DNA of 63,207 nucleotides, counting the filler, from a bacterium (GTDB taxonomy: Bacteria > JAJRZV01): the NCBI GenBank assembly GCA_024275095.1. It is 8 parts of 8 records of this genome, joined end to end, with 100 filler letters (N's around TTAATTAATTAA, not from the genome) between each part and the next. Parts side by side here need not be neighbours in the genome. Positions count along the whole stretch, not along the records: positions 10,009 to 28,227 come from JAJRZV010000105.1; positions 28,328 to 33,491 come from JAJRZV010000106.1; 6 more parts are not named here. One strand, written 5' to 3'. Of this stretch, positions 21,558 to 31,584 are shown in pieces. Numbering within the stretch: position 1 is the first letter of the stretch; every line of letters begins with the position of its first letter. The notes under the pieces were generated by a model, which was not told the origin of the DNA, did not search any database, and saw only the letters and a program-made list of their open reading frames with translations. The position numbers were made by a program, and so were the translations under genes.

Positions 21558-23517
21558 AGTTTCTTATAAACACACCTGACAAATCCACCTCTTCATAGAG
21601 ATGCGGTGGAAGCTCCTGGATAAACCGTGAAGGTTTAAGCATTAAGCGGTCAACATCTCGTCTGGACACAGAGGCTCTGGGAATGAAAATTTTTAAAATC
21701 TTACGCGCACGCGTAACAGCCACATAGAAAAGTCTTCTTTCCTCTTCTTCGTTTTCCGGATTTTCTTTGAGCGCGCGCGCGGAAGGAAAACGGCCCTCGT
21801 TGAGACCCAGAATAAACACCGCGTCCCACTCGAGGCCTTTAGCCTGATGAATGGTGGTCAAAATCACACGCTCGCGTGCACCTTCACTCTCCTGGAGCTC
21901 ATCAGCAGAAGCATGAGACACGAGCGCCATTTCGGCTAAGAGCTGTTCCATATTTGGAAACGAGCGTGCATATTCCACGAGTTGATTCAGATCATCCTTC
22001 CGGGCCTGATAATTAACAAAATGAGTTTTCATATAATCATCATATCCTTTATTGATAACGGCAGCGATAGCGGCGGAAGGATTGTTTTTCATCTCGACTG
22101 TGGAAATTGCTTTAAGCACCTGCAAAAGATGCTCCAGAGAACGCTTACCAGTACGTTGTTTGACAGTGGGGATATTATTCAGGAAAAAAGCAAGGGGATC
22201 AGGATATTCTGATATCTGGGACCAAACTTTATCGGCAGTGCGGGAGCCTATGCCGGGATAAAGCTTGAGCACACGCTTCCAGGCCAGTTCATCCCGCGGA
22301 TTACACGCAATGCGTAAATATGCCAGTACATCTTTTACATGGGCCTGTTCAAAAAATCTGGGACCGGAACGAACCTCGAAGGGTATCCCTCGCCGGGTCA
22401 GCTCCATCTGGAGGGCCATGGACTGGTAATGCGCTCGATAGAGCACGGCGATTTCCTGGATCGGCACACCATCGCGTTCGAGCTCCACAATATTATCAGC
22501 AATGTATCTGGCTTCGTGAAATTCATCGCTTACGTAAACAACCTCGGGCAATTCTCCAGAAGGTTTTACCGCTGTTAAACGCTTTGGATAAACCTTTCGC
22601 GCACACTGAATTGAGGCATTCGCAAGTTCCAGAATTTCTGGAATAGAACGGTAATTGATTTCCAGTTTGTACACAGAGGCTTCAGGGTACTTTTCGAGAA
22701 ACGTAAACATGTTGTCAGGATTGGCTCCCCGAAATGAGTAAATGCTCTGGCTGTCGTCACCTACAACCATGATGTTGCGGTGAAGAGACGAAAGCAGATC
22801 AACAATTTCGGCCTGGATACGGCTGGTGTCCTGGTATTCATCAACGAGCACATATCGAAAACGTGAAGAATACACCTCCCGCAGGTCATTACAGTCTTTA
22901 AGCAGTCGGAAAAAGTAATAAAGAAGATCATCGAAATCAAGGGCATTGTTTTTCAACTTTTCCGACTGGTAACGCGTGGCCACGCGCTTAATTTCGTCTG
23001 TAAACTCCACCAGATGAGGGAAACGTTCCTCTATAACATTCTCAACGTTTTTCATCATGTTGACACCGTAGGAAAAAACGGCAGCAAGCACCTCTCCCCT
23101 GGGAACTCGTTTGTCCCTGGAAGGCATGAACTCCTTTATGCACTGATTTATGAGTGATTCCGCATCCTCGCGATCAAGTATGGTGAAACTTCGCTCTATA
23201 CCCACGCGGTAACCCCGTGCGCGTAATATCAGGTGGGCGATGTGATGAAAAGTACCCCCCAGTACTGACCGCGCCTTTTCACCGGAAAGGCCTTCCACCC
23301 GGCAAAGCATCTCGCGTGCAGCCTTGTTGGTAAACGTGGCCAACAATATACTGCGCGGATCAACTCCCTTATCCAGAAGGTAAGCCACACGATACGTGAG
23401 GGCCCGTGTTTTACCAGAGCCAGTACCTGCAATGACAAGGGCGGGACCATCCTCAGCGGTCACAACCGCATACTGCTGAGGATTGAGTTCCTCTTCATAC
23501 CGGATATGCGGGCTCAT
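21526..23517 (-). CDS. ATP-dependent DNA helicase, UvrD/PcrA family
   Basis: LNPQQ, AGTGSGKT, TFTNKAA, VDEYQD, VGDDSQSIYSFRGA, TIHQAKGLEW, EERRLFYVAVTRA; start taken at MSPHIR (ATGA overlap with cutA). Confidence 0.95.
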   Translation of the reverse strand: MSPHIRYEEELNPQQYAVVTAEDGPALVIAGTGSGKTRALTYRVAYLLDKGVDPRSILLATFTNKAAREMLCRVEGLSGEKARSVLGGTFHHIAHLILRARGYRVGIERSFTILDREDAESLINQCIKEFMPSRDKRVPRGEVLAAVFSYGVNMMKNVENVIEERFPHLVEFTDEIKRVATRYQSEKLKNNALDFDDLLYYFFRLLKDCNDLREVYSSRFRYVLVDEYQDTSRIQAEIVDLLSSLHRNIMVVGDDSQSIYSFRGANPDNMFTFLEKYPEASVYKLEINYRSIPEILELANASIQCARKVYPKRLTAVKPSGELPEVVYVSDEFHEARYIADNIVELERDGVPIQEIAVLYRAHYQSMALQMELTRRGIPFEVRSGPRFFEQAHVKDVLAYLRIACNPRDELAWKRVLKLYPGIGSRTADKVWSQISEYPDPLAFFLNNIPTVKQRTGKRSLEHLLQVLKAISTVEMKNNPSAAIAAVINKGYDDYMKTHFVNYQARKDDLNQLVEYARSFPNMEQLLAEMALVSHASADELQESEGARERVILTTIHQAKGLEWDAVFILGLNEGRFPSARALKENPENEEEERRLFYVAVTRARKILKIFIPRASVSRRDVDRLMLKPSRFIQELPPHLYEEVDLSGVFIRNFEEEYDDWSG

Positions 23518-23837
23518 TCCCGGGAGGTCTCCTGGACAATCCATTGTAGATAGGGCGGGTGCATATCCCCCACAACCAGTTCAATAATCTCGGGAACCTC
23601 GTACGAATGTTCACGTGCAATAAATGACATAACCTCTCGTTTCAAATTCTCCCGTGTTTTTACAAAAAGATAAACTTCACCATCGTCCTGAATTTCTCCT
23701 TTCCACCAGTAAAGGGAACGCACACGGGGGATGATGTTCACACATGCTGCAAGCCGTTTTTCCAGGAGCTTCCGTGCAAGCACCTCACCTGCTTCTTCAC
23801 TCGGGCAGGTGGTAATTATGAAAACACCCTTTTCCAC
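23514..23837 (-). CDS. cutA: Divalent-cation tolerance protein CutA
   Basis: LAACVNI, SLYWWKGEI, HSYEVPEII. Confidence 0.95.
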   Translation of the reverse strand: MEKGVFIITTCPSEEAGEVLARKLLEKRLAACVNIIPRVRSLYWWKGEIQDDGEVYLFVKTRENLKREVMSFIAREHSYEVPEIIELVVGDMHPPYLQWIVQETSRE

Positions 23838-23855
23838 GCAACTGTACTCCGTTGG

Positions 23856-24422
23856 TTAAAAATTATAGGGCTTACAGAGGATATCACGTACTTTCATATC
23901 AAAAAAACGATGCGATGAATCAGCCCTGATAATTGCGGCGGTGTCATATCCCTTCCCGGTACCTGCAACTGCAATCACCTCATCCGGAGGAACAAGTCCA
24001 GCGTCACATGCCATGGATGCAATTTCAAGACACACCTTTATGCCCTCGCCCAGAACACGAAGAGTGGCAGCAACAATTTCCACATCCGAAAAGCCCACCT
24101 TGTTACGAATGGCACGGTTCAGTGAGCGTGTGGGAAGGGGACAGGTAAGGACATGAACTCCACGTGATACAAGTGACTCCCTGACAGCATTATCAAACTC
24201 CTGTTCTCCCGGACGGCTGAAACCGGTGTTGTGAGTGACAACAACCAGGTTTACACCTGGAAAGAGTCCTGCATCGCTCAGTGCTTTGTGGAGCTTCACA
24301 GCAGAAACGCCCCTCGTTGAAGCAGCCACGATGTGGTTTATGTTACGGGCTTTTACCGCCTCCACCACAAGCGCGATGGTCTCGTCAGTGTTACGTTCCC
24401 CCGCCTTTTCAAAAACCTTCAA
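23856..24422 (-). CDS. Pyruvate kinase C-terminal-like protein (MTH1675-like)
   Basis: G..NTDET, VAASTRG, VVTH..GF..PG, KVCLEI..MACDAG, GTG.G.DTA. Confidence 0.8.
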   Translation of the reverse strand: MKVFEKAGERNTDETIALVVEAVKARNINHIVAASTRGVSAVKLHKALSDAGLFPGVNLVVVTHNTGFSRPGEQEFDNAVRESLVSRGVHVLTCPLPTRSLNRAIRNKVGFSDVEIVAATLRVLGEGIKVCLEIASMACDAGLVPPDEVIAVAGTGKGYDTAAIIRADSSHRFFDMKVRDILCKPYNF

Positions 24423-25266
24423 GGTTAACCTCTATATCAAGTAATTCATCCCCTCTACGCACTTTCAACCGGACCGAAGGGTTCTCCGCTTCCCTGATCA
24501 CTCTGTTGAAGTCATCCACGCTTTTTATACCTTTACCGTTCACTTCAAGAATAATGTCTCCCCGGCGAAGCCCAGCGACATCCGCGGGACTTCCATCCTC
24601 TATTTCTGATACAAGAACCCCTTCTCCCGGTTTGACCTGAAAGTGCGGTGCAATATCTTCGGTGATATTCTGGACTCGAATCCCCGTCTTGATAAATATG
24701 TCGTCCGTCTCAATGACCTCAAGGGGTATGGACTGAGCATTATCAAATACCGCCTTTGCCACGTATATGGGCGTGCCCATTCGCAGTGAAATGGCAATGG
24801 CATCAGAAGGTCGTGAATCCACTGATACTTCCTCACCGTGATTGTCAAGGTAAAGCCTTGCATAAAAAATATTATCCCGAATTTCGCTGATAATGACCCC
24901 AACCACCTTAACACCCGAACTGGACAGGATATTCTTTATAAGGTCATGAGTAAGGGGTCTGCGTGTTTCCACCTTTTCCAGGACAATGGCAATAGCTCTT
25001 GCTTCCGAGTAACCTATCCATATGGGAAGTATGCGACGGTTCTTTTTGTCCTCCAGGAGCACAACAGGAGTTTTCGAACGGGTATCCACGGTGACCCCAC
25101 GCACGCTTACCTCTACGGCGCTGAAATGCTTTACATCTGAATTAAACAGCTTGCCCCGGGATGTTGCCCCCTGAGATGTGGACCCGGCGGGAGCCTCCTG
25201 ATCAGACCCCACACGCACACAGGCTACAACACCTGCAACCAGAACCACGATGATTAAATAACGCAT
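24409..25266 (-). CDS. Bifunctional nuclease (DUF151) fused to a PDZ domain, with lipoprotein-like signal
   Basis: LPIWIG..EA.AI, RPLTHDL, DSRPSDAIA; C-terminal GVLVSEIEDGSPADVAGLRRGDIILEVNG PDZ; N-terminal VVAC lipobox. Confidence 0.85.
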   Translation of the reverse strand: MRYLIIVVLVAGVVACVRVGSDQEAPAGSTSQGATSRGKLFNSDVKHFSAVEVSVRGVTVDTRSKTPVVLLEDKKNRRILPIWIGYSEARAIAIVLEKVETRRPLTHDLIKNILSSSGVKVVGVIISEIRDNIFYARLYLDNHGEEVSVDSRPSDAIAISLRMGTPIYVAKAVFDNAQSIPLEVIETDDIFIKTGIRVQNITEDIAPHFQVKPGEGVLVSEIEDGSPADVAGLRRGDIILEVNGKGIKSVDDFNRVIREAENPSVRLKVRRGDELLDIEVNLEGF

Positions 25267-25386
25267 AATGACATTTTAATCTCCAGCACACCATCTGTCC
25301 ATGACTCAAAGGGTAGAGAATTTTAATATTTCTCTTCAGCCCGAGACATTGTGATATTAAAATAAAGTCAAATTATCAGTGGGGGT

Positions 25387-26070
25387 GTGGCCATGACAAA
25401 AATACTCCTCGTGGACGACATGAAAAATTTTCTTGACCTGGAAATCTCGTTTCTCCGCCGTGCTGAATGTCAGATTTTTACGGCGGGCAATGGCCTGGAA
25501 GCTGTAAAAATCGCCAAGAAGGAAAAACCTGATATTATCCTGCTGGACCTTGTTATGCCTCAAATGGATGGAATCCAGGCAACGCGAATTCTCAAGTCCG
25601 ACCCTGATACCAGGGACATACCCGTAGTCATTGTTACAAGCACGGACAGAAAAGAAGAGTGTCTGAAAGCCGGTGCCAACGATTTTGTTCAGAAACCCAT
25701 AAACGAACAAATACTGCTGAAGGAAATAAAAAAATTCGTAGATATCAAGGAGCGCCAGGACGAACGGGTCCAGGCAAGTATCGAAGTGAAAATTAACAAG
25801 GGTGGCAAAGAAATTCCAGCCATAACAAGGGACATCAGCATGGTTGGAGCATTTATTGTCACCGACGAAAAAATACCCCTTGGTTCCGTAATCCCGATAA
25901 AGTTCCTGCTAAAAGATAAAGAAATTCAGGTCAATGCAGAAGTTGTACGTGAAGAAAGAGAAGACGTAGGTGCTGCACGTGTCGGAGGCATAGGGGTGAA
26001 ATTCGTAGAGATCAGTGATGCGGATAAGGAGACACTGCGCGCATACCTTGAAGAATTAAAAAAGCGTTAA
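25387..26070 (+). CDS. Response regulator receiver plus PilZ domain protein
   Basis: LLVDD, LLDLVMPQMDG, KP receiver motifs; PilZ RQDER (RxxxR) and DISMVG (DxSxxG). Confidence 0.9.
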   Translation: MAMTKILLVDDMKNFLDLEISFLRRAECQIFTAGNGLEAVKIAKKEKPDIILLDLVMPQMDGIQATRILKSDPDTRDIPVVIVTSTDRKEECLKAGANDFVQKPINEQILLKEIKKFVDIKERQDERVQASIEVKINKGGKEIPAITRDISMVGAFIVTDEKIPLGSVIPIKFLLKDKEIQVNAEVVREEREDVGAARVGGIGVKFVEISDADKETLRAYLEELKKR

Positions 26071-26093
26071 GTTCTGACCTTTTAAAAGACCGC

Positions 26094-27290
26094 TCAGTAC
26101 GAACGCGGTAAGCCAAGCACGTGTTCTGAAATGTAATTGAGGATCATCTCCTTGGATATGGGAGCGGTTCTCAAAAGTCTCACAACCTCCCAAAGATGAG
26201 CAAGCCCGTAGTCTTCGCTGAATCCATTGCCACCAAGGGTTTCAATAGCCTTGTCAACAGCCATGATGGCCAGTTCTGCACCGAGGTACTTGGCCATATT
26301 CGTATAAGCGCCGACTTCCACTGGCGGTAGTTCCTTGTCGTAGGCCCATGCCGCCTTATACGTGAGTAATCGCACAGCCTCCTGATGAATTTTTACCTCC
26401 GCAAGTGGATGCTGAATAGCCTGGTATTGTCCGATGGGAGTGTCCCGGAAAACCTTTCTCTCCTGTGCATAATTTACAGCAATATTGAGGCAATATTCAC
26501 TCAGTCCTACTGCAGAAGCAGCCGCGAGAATGCGTTCAGGATTAAGGGCCTTGAAAAGAGCCATGGAACCTGCATTTTCATCTCCCACCAGATTCTCCGC
26601 CGGCACTTCCACATTGTCAAAGAAAACGGTAAATTGGTTCATGCCTTCTATCCCGCGCGTGGGCAATGCGTGAAGCGTTATCCCCTTGGACTTCGTATCT
26701 ACAATAAAAAGAGATAACCCGTAGGCTTTTGGAAGTCCTTTCTCAACAACTTCTTTATAAGAAATCGTACGCGTCACCAGCAACATGTAATCGGCCACGT
26801 CCGCACCGGTAATAAACGTTTTAGAACCATTAATTACATAATAGCCGTTCTTTTTTTCCGCCCGGGTCTTTATGCGGCAAGTATTTGTTCCAGCGTCTGC
26901 CTCTGTCACGGCGAAACAGAACTTGTACGTGCCATCGGCAATTTTGGGGAGAAATCTCTTTTTCAATTCTTCAGTTCCGTTCTTGAGAATACACAGGGCA
27001 TCCATGGTTGTAAGAATAATCAAAGCGTTACCAAACCCCAGCGCCGACATTTCTTCCACTGCAAAAGCCATAGCCAGAAGCCCCATGCCGGTGCCACCGT
27101 ATTCCGGCGGTAAAAAGCTTCCGAAAAATCCAGCCTGTGCCAGCGCATCCCAGACTTCCTGCGGAAATTCCTTGCGCTTCATCACTTTTTCACGGAGTTC
27201 ATCACGTTTGGGTTCAAATTGTTTAATAACGTCTCTGGCTGTTTTTTTAAGAAGTTTTTGCTCCTCACTGAGTTCAAAATCCAGTGCCAT
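26094..27290 (-). CDS. Acyl-CoA dehydrogenase family protein
   Basis: FAVTEADAGTN, NGSKTFIT, YAQERKVF..PIGQYQAIQH, LGGNGFS, LGLPRSY. Confidence 0.95.
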   Translation of the reverse strand: MALDFELSEEQKLLKKTARDVIKQFEPKRDELREKVMKRKEFPQEVWDALAQAGFFGSFLPPEYGGTGMGLLAMAFAVEEMSALGFGNALIILTTMDALCILKNGTEELKKRFLPKIADGTYKFCFAVTEADAGTNTCRIKTRAEKKNGYYVINGSKTFITGADVADYMLLVTRTISYKEVVEKGLPKAYGLSLFIVDTKSKGITLHALPTRGIEGMNQFTVFFDNVEVPAENLVGDENAGSMALFKALNPERILAAASAVGLSEYCLNIAVNYAQERKVFRDTPIGQYQAIQHPLAEVKIHQEAVRLLTYKAAWAYDKELPPVEVGAYTNMAKYLGAELAIMAVDKAIETLGGNGFSEDYGLAHLWEVVRLLRTAPISKEMILNYISEHVLGLPRSY

Positions 27291-27383
27291 ATCTTACACC
27301 TCCTCTACGGTATTGGAGTTAACAATGGTATGAGACAACATGACAGTGTTCAAGCAATATGGATGGCAAAATTCACAGAACTT

Positions 27384-28004
27384 TCAAAAAAATGGATTCA
27401 TGCGTTTTTCGCGTTCGACAGTGGTATCAGGTCCATGTCCCGGGTAAATGAGTGTACTATCAGGAAGGACAAAAATCTTTTCCGTGACTGAACGGCGAAG
27501 GGTCTCAAAATCCCCTCCGGGTATATCTGTTCTTCCAATGGAATCCATGAAAATAAGGTCGCCTACAAACACGACCCCTGGACCAACAAGAGAGACGCTT
27601 CCCGGTGAATGACCTGGAGTGTGTACAACTGTAAAGGTCACGTCACTCAGAGAAAGCGTGTCACCTTCCTCCACGTATCGGGTAATCCGCGGTGGGCGGA
27701 AAGGCTTCATGCCAAAAAGCGGGGCCTGCAGGGGTGCTGTTTTCATGGCAAGGTTATCACCCGGGTGTGCCAGCACTTCCGCACCGGTTGTTTCTGCAAC
27801 AAAGTTAACCGCACCAATGTGGTCCACGTGGCCGTGGGTAATGAACACGTACCGTGCCTTCAGGCCCAGCCTGGCCAGTTCCAGCACAACGCGATCACCC
27901 TCCGCACCAGGATCAACAACAATGCACTGGTCGTCTCCTTCTTTCCACACGACGAAACAGTTTGTCTGGAGAGGACCTACCGGTATTGTTATTACCCGCA
28001 CCAT
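27384..28004 (-). CDS. MBL-fold metallo-hydrolase (glyoxalase II/YcbL-like)
   Basis: THGHVDHIG, HTPGHSPG, GDLIF..SIGRTD, YPGHG; start taken at MVRVITIPVG. Confidence 0.92.
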   Translation of the reverse strand: MVRVITIPVGPLQTNCFVVWKEGDDQCIVVDPGAEGDRVVLELARLGLKARYVFITHGHVDHIGAVNFVAETTGAEVLAHPGDNLAMKTAPLQAPLFGMKPFRPPRITRYVEEGDTLSLSDVTFTVVHTPGHSPGSVSLVGPGVVFVGDLIFMDSIGRTDIPGGDFETLRRSVTEKIFVLPDSTLIYPGHGPDTTVEREKRMNPFF

Positions 28005-28093
28005 GGAGATGCCATTATACGCAACCCTGGTGATGCTTCCAAGTCCATAGAGCAATGATGAAAGTATCAGTGTTTTTTTATAATATAAGAACC

Positions 28094-28227
28094 ATGGAAA
28101 AGAGAATGAGGGAGCCTTCGGTTGCCGGATACTTTTATCCCGGTAGTAAAACCGAGCTGGAAAAAACCGTAAGGTCATATCTCGCTCGCGCGGGCAGTAC
28201 CTATCAGGATGTTAAAGGAATTTTATC
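28094..28227 (+). CDS. amrB: AmmeMemoRadiSam system protein B (MEMO1 family), 5' fragment
   Basis: MREPSVAGYFYPG is the typical MEMO N-terminus; cut by contig end. Confidence 0.75.
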
Positions 28228-28327
28228 NNNNNNNNNNNNNNNNNNNNNNNNNNNNNNNNNNNNNNNNNNNNTTAATTAATTAANNNNNNNNNNNNNNNNN
28301 NNNNNNNNNNNNNNNNNNNNNNNNNNN
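28228..28327. other. Artificial contig linker
   Basis: N44-TTAATTAATTAA-N44. Confidence 0.99.
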
Positions 28328-28421
28328 GCCAGGCGCTTTTTCAGGCGCGTTCCTGTTCCACGTAAGACGTCCCCTCTTGAAAAAGCCGGCTATCGACGCT
28401 GAATTTTTTACTTTTGATGTG

Positions 28422-30092
28422 TTACTGGCACGAAGGTTGAAGGAGAGAATCCCCCATTAAATCGAAGGCGATGCGTGCTACATATTGAATGAGAACGTTC
28501 AGTTCTCCATTGGTCGCTTTTTTCAGACCTTCGGAGGGGTCAATTGTGAGCGCTTCGGAAGGCACAAGTTCGCGTTGAACCAGTTGATAGACGTCTGTAA
28601 GGAGCAATCCACCGAGCGAAGGATCCTGAAACGCCATGTAAGGTGCTGGTGTTGTGATGCCGTCGGGAGCGATGGGAGTGATGTTGTGTTCACTGAAAAA
28701 TGAATCCTGGAAATGGGACGAGTCTGCAATGCCTCCTTCTGTGCAGAATAAAGACCCGGGTGGAAAGGAATCAGTGGACCCCGGTGGCCCGGTATATGCC
28801 CGGCACTCCCATTCGAACGCGAAGTTGAAAGATGCCGGATCCGGGAAGTCGTCTCGCCATAAGGGCAGAAAGCTTCGCAGTGCCCGTGGCTTGCTGAAAA
28901 AACTTGCGGGGGAGAACGCCAGGGCGCTGTCGAAAAAGCTTCCCACAGCAAACTTGATAAGATCATAAGAGTCCGGGTTGGTGAAGAATGTGGAGAGAAA
29001 GCTGCTGTCGGAAAGCAGGATGTTGCCAAAGCTGACCACCAGGGAAGCCACGAGTGGTGCGATGTGCTCGTCCCATACCAGAACTTTGGACGTATCCTGC
29101 ATTGACTGACACACAGCGCTCAACGCAGCAACAAATTCCTCATTAACGAGGAGTGTCAATTCAGAGTAATTCCCGTTTTCTTCGCGCATAAGGGCCAACC
29201 GCATTCGCTGTGTATCGGGATCGTAAACAAAGAAGTGATCTTCCTTTTGTTCTATGGATATGGAGGACTTTATGCCGGTTTGGATGTCCTCAAGTCCTGA
29301 AGAAAGCATTTCATAACCCTTTTGCCAGAATTCGGGGCCGTCTTCCTGCCCGTTATTGTCGAGGTCATTTGTGCTGACAGTGAGCAGTTCCGGAGAAATG
29401 GAGAACGTATAGACAAGAAGATTGGTCATTTGAGGTACATCCACACATTTGAGCGGATCGCCGGGATCGATTCCTCCACCCAGAAGAGCCGGTTTGATGT
29501 ATTCAAAGGCAGAAAAATAATCAGCATAAAGGTCCTGTGAAAGAATGAGATCCACAATGCCGAGAATCACGGAAACAGCTCCTCTGAACAGGATCACATC
29601 GTCCCTGTTCCAGTAGCCACGAAGATTAAGAGTTTCTTTACGTCCCAGAATGATGGGAAGGTCCTGGACGTACACATTGAAATCATCTGCTTTAACCACC
29701 CTGTTCAAGTCTTCAACAGCAGCGCTGAGTTCTCCTTCCACCTTCAGGAGAAGTGACATGAGAAAGTTATAAAGGTAAAGGTTTTCGTCTGCTGAAAACG
29801 GACTGAATTCTTCGGAGCTGGGGTGGCCTCCAGCGATGGTGTAGACATAATCACCCAGTTCCACCACGCCCAAGAATGTTGCCATCGCGCGGCCAAAATA
29901 AGCAGCATCACCCTCACCGTTGTCCACGGCCTTGTTGAAGGTTTCACGCGCTGTGAGGTATTCACCTTCTTCAATCAGCCGGAAACCGTTTTCTGTGAAG
30001 GAATGTTCGCTGCCGCACCCGACAAAAGATATTACCATGCACAAAAAGAAAGCTGTAAAAACGCCCCTCTTCATAGGGAAATATTCTTGCAC
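28422..30092 (-). CDS. Hypothetical acidic lipoprotein
   Basis: MKRGVF...SFVGC lipobox; TPR-like N-terminal helices; no family recognised. Confidence 0.75.
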   Translation of the reverse strand: MQEYFPMKRGVFTAFFLCMVISFVGCGSEHSFTENGFRLIEEGEYLTARETFNKAVDNGEGDAAYFGRAMATFLGVVELGDYVYTIAGGHPSSEEFSPFSADENLYLYNFLMSLLLKVEGELSAAVEDLNRVVKADDFNVYVQDLPIILGRKETLNLRGYWNRDDVILFRGAVSVILGIVDLILSQDLYADYFSAFEYIKPALLGGGIDPGDPLKCVDVPQMTNLLVYTFSISPELLTVSTNDLDNNGQEDGPEFWQKGYEMLSSGLEDIQTGIKSSISIEQKEDHFFVYDPDTQRMRLALMREENGNYSELTLLVNEEFVAALSAVCQSMQDTSKVLVWDEHIAPLVASLVVSFGNILLSDSSFLSTFFTNPDSYDLIKFAVGSFFDSALAFSPASFFSKPRALRSFLPLWRDDFPDPASFNFAFEWECRAYTGPPGSTDSFPPGSLFCTEGGIADSSHFQDSFFSEHNITPIAPDGITTPAPYMAFQDPSLGGLLLTDVYQLVQRELVPSEALTIDPSEGLKKATNGELNVLIQYVARIAFDLMGDSLLQPSCQ

Positions 30093-30247
30093 AAATATTT
30101 CGTCAGGTGAAGCAGTAAAGGGAGCGTAAGGCTGAACTTTTTATGAATGTCCGTACTCATTGGCGGTGAAATGTTTTGACAGCATGAGTTTACTATAGTA
30201 ACTTTTTAATCAACTATAATAAATAACAAACACAGAGGAGGGTAAAG

Positions 30248-31495
30248 ATGTTTGAACTACAGGAAGGACATCGCATGATTGAAACGGCAATGAGACAGTT
30301 CCTTGAAAAAGAAGTTGTTCCCCTTATTGATGATTTAGAGGAAGGGAAGGTGCTTCCCTACGACATTATGCGTAAAATGGCGGAAACTTTTGGACTTACA
30401 GAGATGATCAAGGCACGCTTCCAGAAAATGCTGAAAAAAGAGGGGAAGAAGTCGGAAGAAGAGGAGTCGGAAGCAGGAGCATTCGGGGGTCCGGGTTTTG
30501 ATCCTCTTATCGGTACAATCATTGGAAAGGAAATTGCGCGGGTGTATCCTTCCCTTGGGCTTGCCATGGGAGCTACTCTCGGACTTGCGGGCGGTACCAT
30601 CATGGCGAAAGGTACACCTGCACAGAAAGAGCGCTGGGGCCTGCCGATTCTTACATTTGAAAAGATTGGCGCCTGGGGTATGACCGAGCCCGAGTCAGGC
30701 TCGGACGCCTTTGCTCTGAAAACCACAGCGAAACCCGACGGTGATTATTACATTCTTAACGGCCAGAAGACCTTTTGTACCAACGCACCCTATGCGGATA
30801 TCTTTGTGATTTACGCCAAGATAGACAGGGGTCAGGAAGCAAAAAGAGACAAGCGATTTATTTTCCCCTTTGTGGTGGAGCGCGGCACCCCTGGTCTTTC
30901 TGTGAGCGAACCGTTCAAAAAGATGGGCATGAAGGGCTCTCCGACAGGAGCTGTCTATCTTGATGATGTGCGTGTGCACAAGAGCCATCTTCTTGGAGAG
31001 ACAGAGGAGAGCGCGCGTGACCAAGCCAAAGATGTGTTTGCTGGAGAACGCACCGGTGCACCGGCCATGGCGTGGGGCATTATCGAGCGCTGCCTGGAGG
31101 TAACCGTTAAGTACGCTACCGAGAGAAAGCAGTGGGATAGACCCATTGGAGAGTTTCAGCTCATCCAGGAGAAAATCGCTCGCATGTATGTACACCTTGA
31201 AAACGTGAGAAACATCGCGTTTAAACACGCCTGGGCTCAGAAAGAAGGGAAGAAAATCACCATGAAAGAAGCGTGCGCCGCAAAGCTTTACTGCGCACGA
31301 GCCGCTACGGAGTGTGCCCTTGAGGCCATTCAGGCACTGGGTGGTTACGGATACATGAAAGAATACCGCGTGGAAATGCTCATGCGTGATGCCAAGCTGC
31401 TCCAGATCGGTGGTGGGACAGATGAAATACAAATTCTGAATATTGCAAAGGAGCTGCTCAGGGCCGAAGGGCTGGAGGTGAAGCTCGGCGGTTGA
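30248..31495 (+). CDS. Acyl-CoA dehydrogenase family protein
   Basis: WGMTEPESGSDA, NGQKTFCTN, KMGMKGS, ERKQW.RPIGEFQLIQ, GGYGYM. Confidence 0.95.
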   Translation: MFELQEGHRMIETAMRQFLEKEVVPLIDDLEEGKVLPYDIMRKMAETFGLTEMIKARFQKMLKKEGKKSEEEESEAGAFGGPGFDPLIGTIIGKEIARVYPSLGLAMGATLGLAGGTIMAKGTPAQKERWGLPILTFEKIGAWGMTEPESGSDAFALKTTAKPDGDYYILNGQKTFCTNAPYADIFVIYAKIDRGQEAKRDKRFIFPFVVERGTPGLSVSEPFKKMGMKGSPTGAVYLDDVRVHKSHLLGETEESARDQAKDVFAGERTGAPAMAWGIIERCLEVTVKYATERKQWDRPIGEFQLIQEKIARMYVHLENVRNIAFKHAWAQKEGKKITMKEACAAKLYCARAATECALEAIQALGGYGYMKEYRVEMLMRDAKLLQIGGGTDEIQILNIAKELLRAEGLEVKLGG

Positions 31496-31584
31496 GGTAC
31501 GACATCCTTTTCGTTGTTTGAATGCTGAATACAATATTTTTCTGTCACGTGCCTGGTAGTTAAGTTTATCATTTCTCCAGGACA

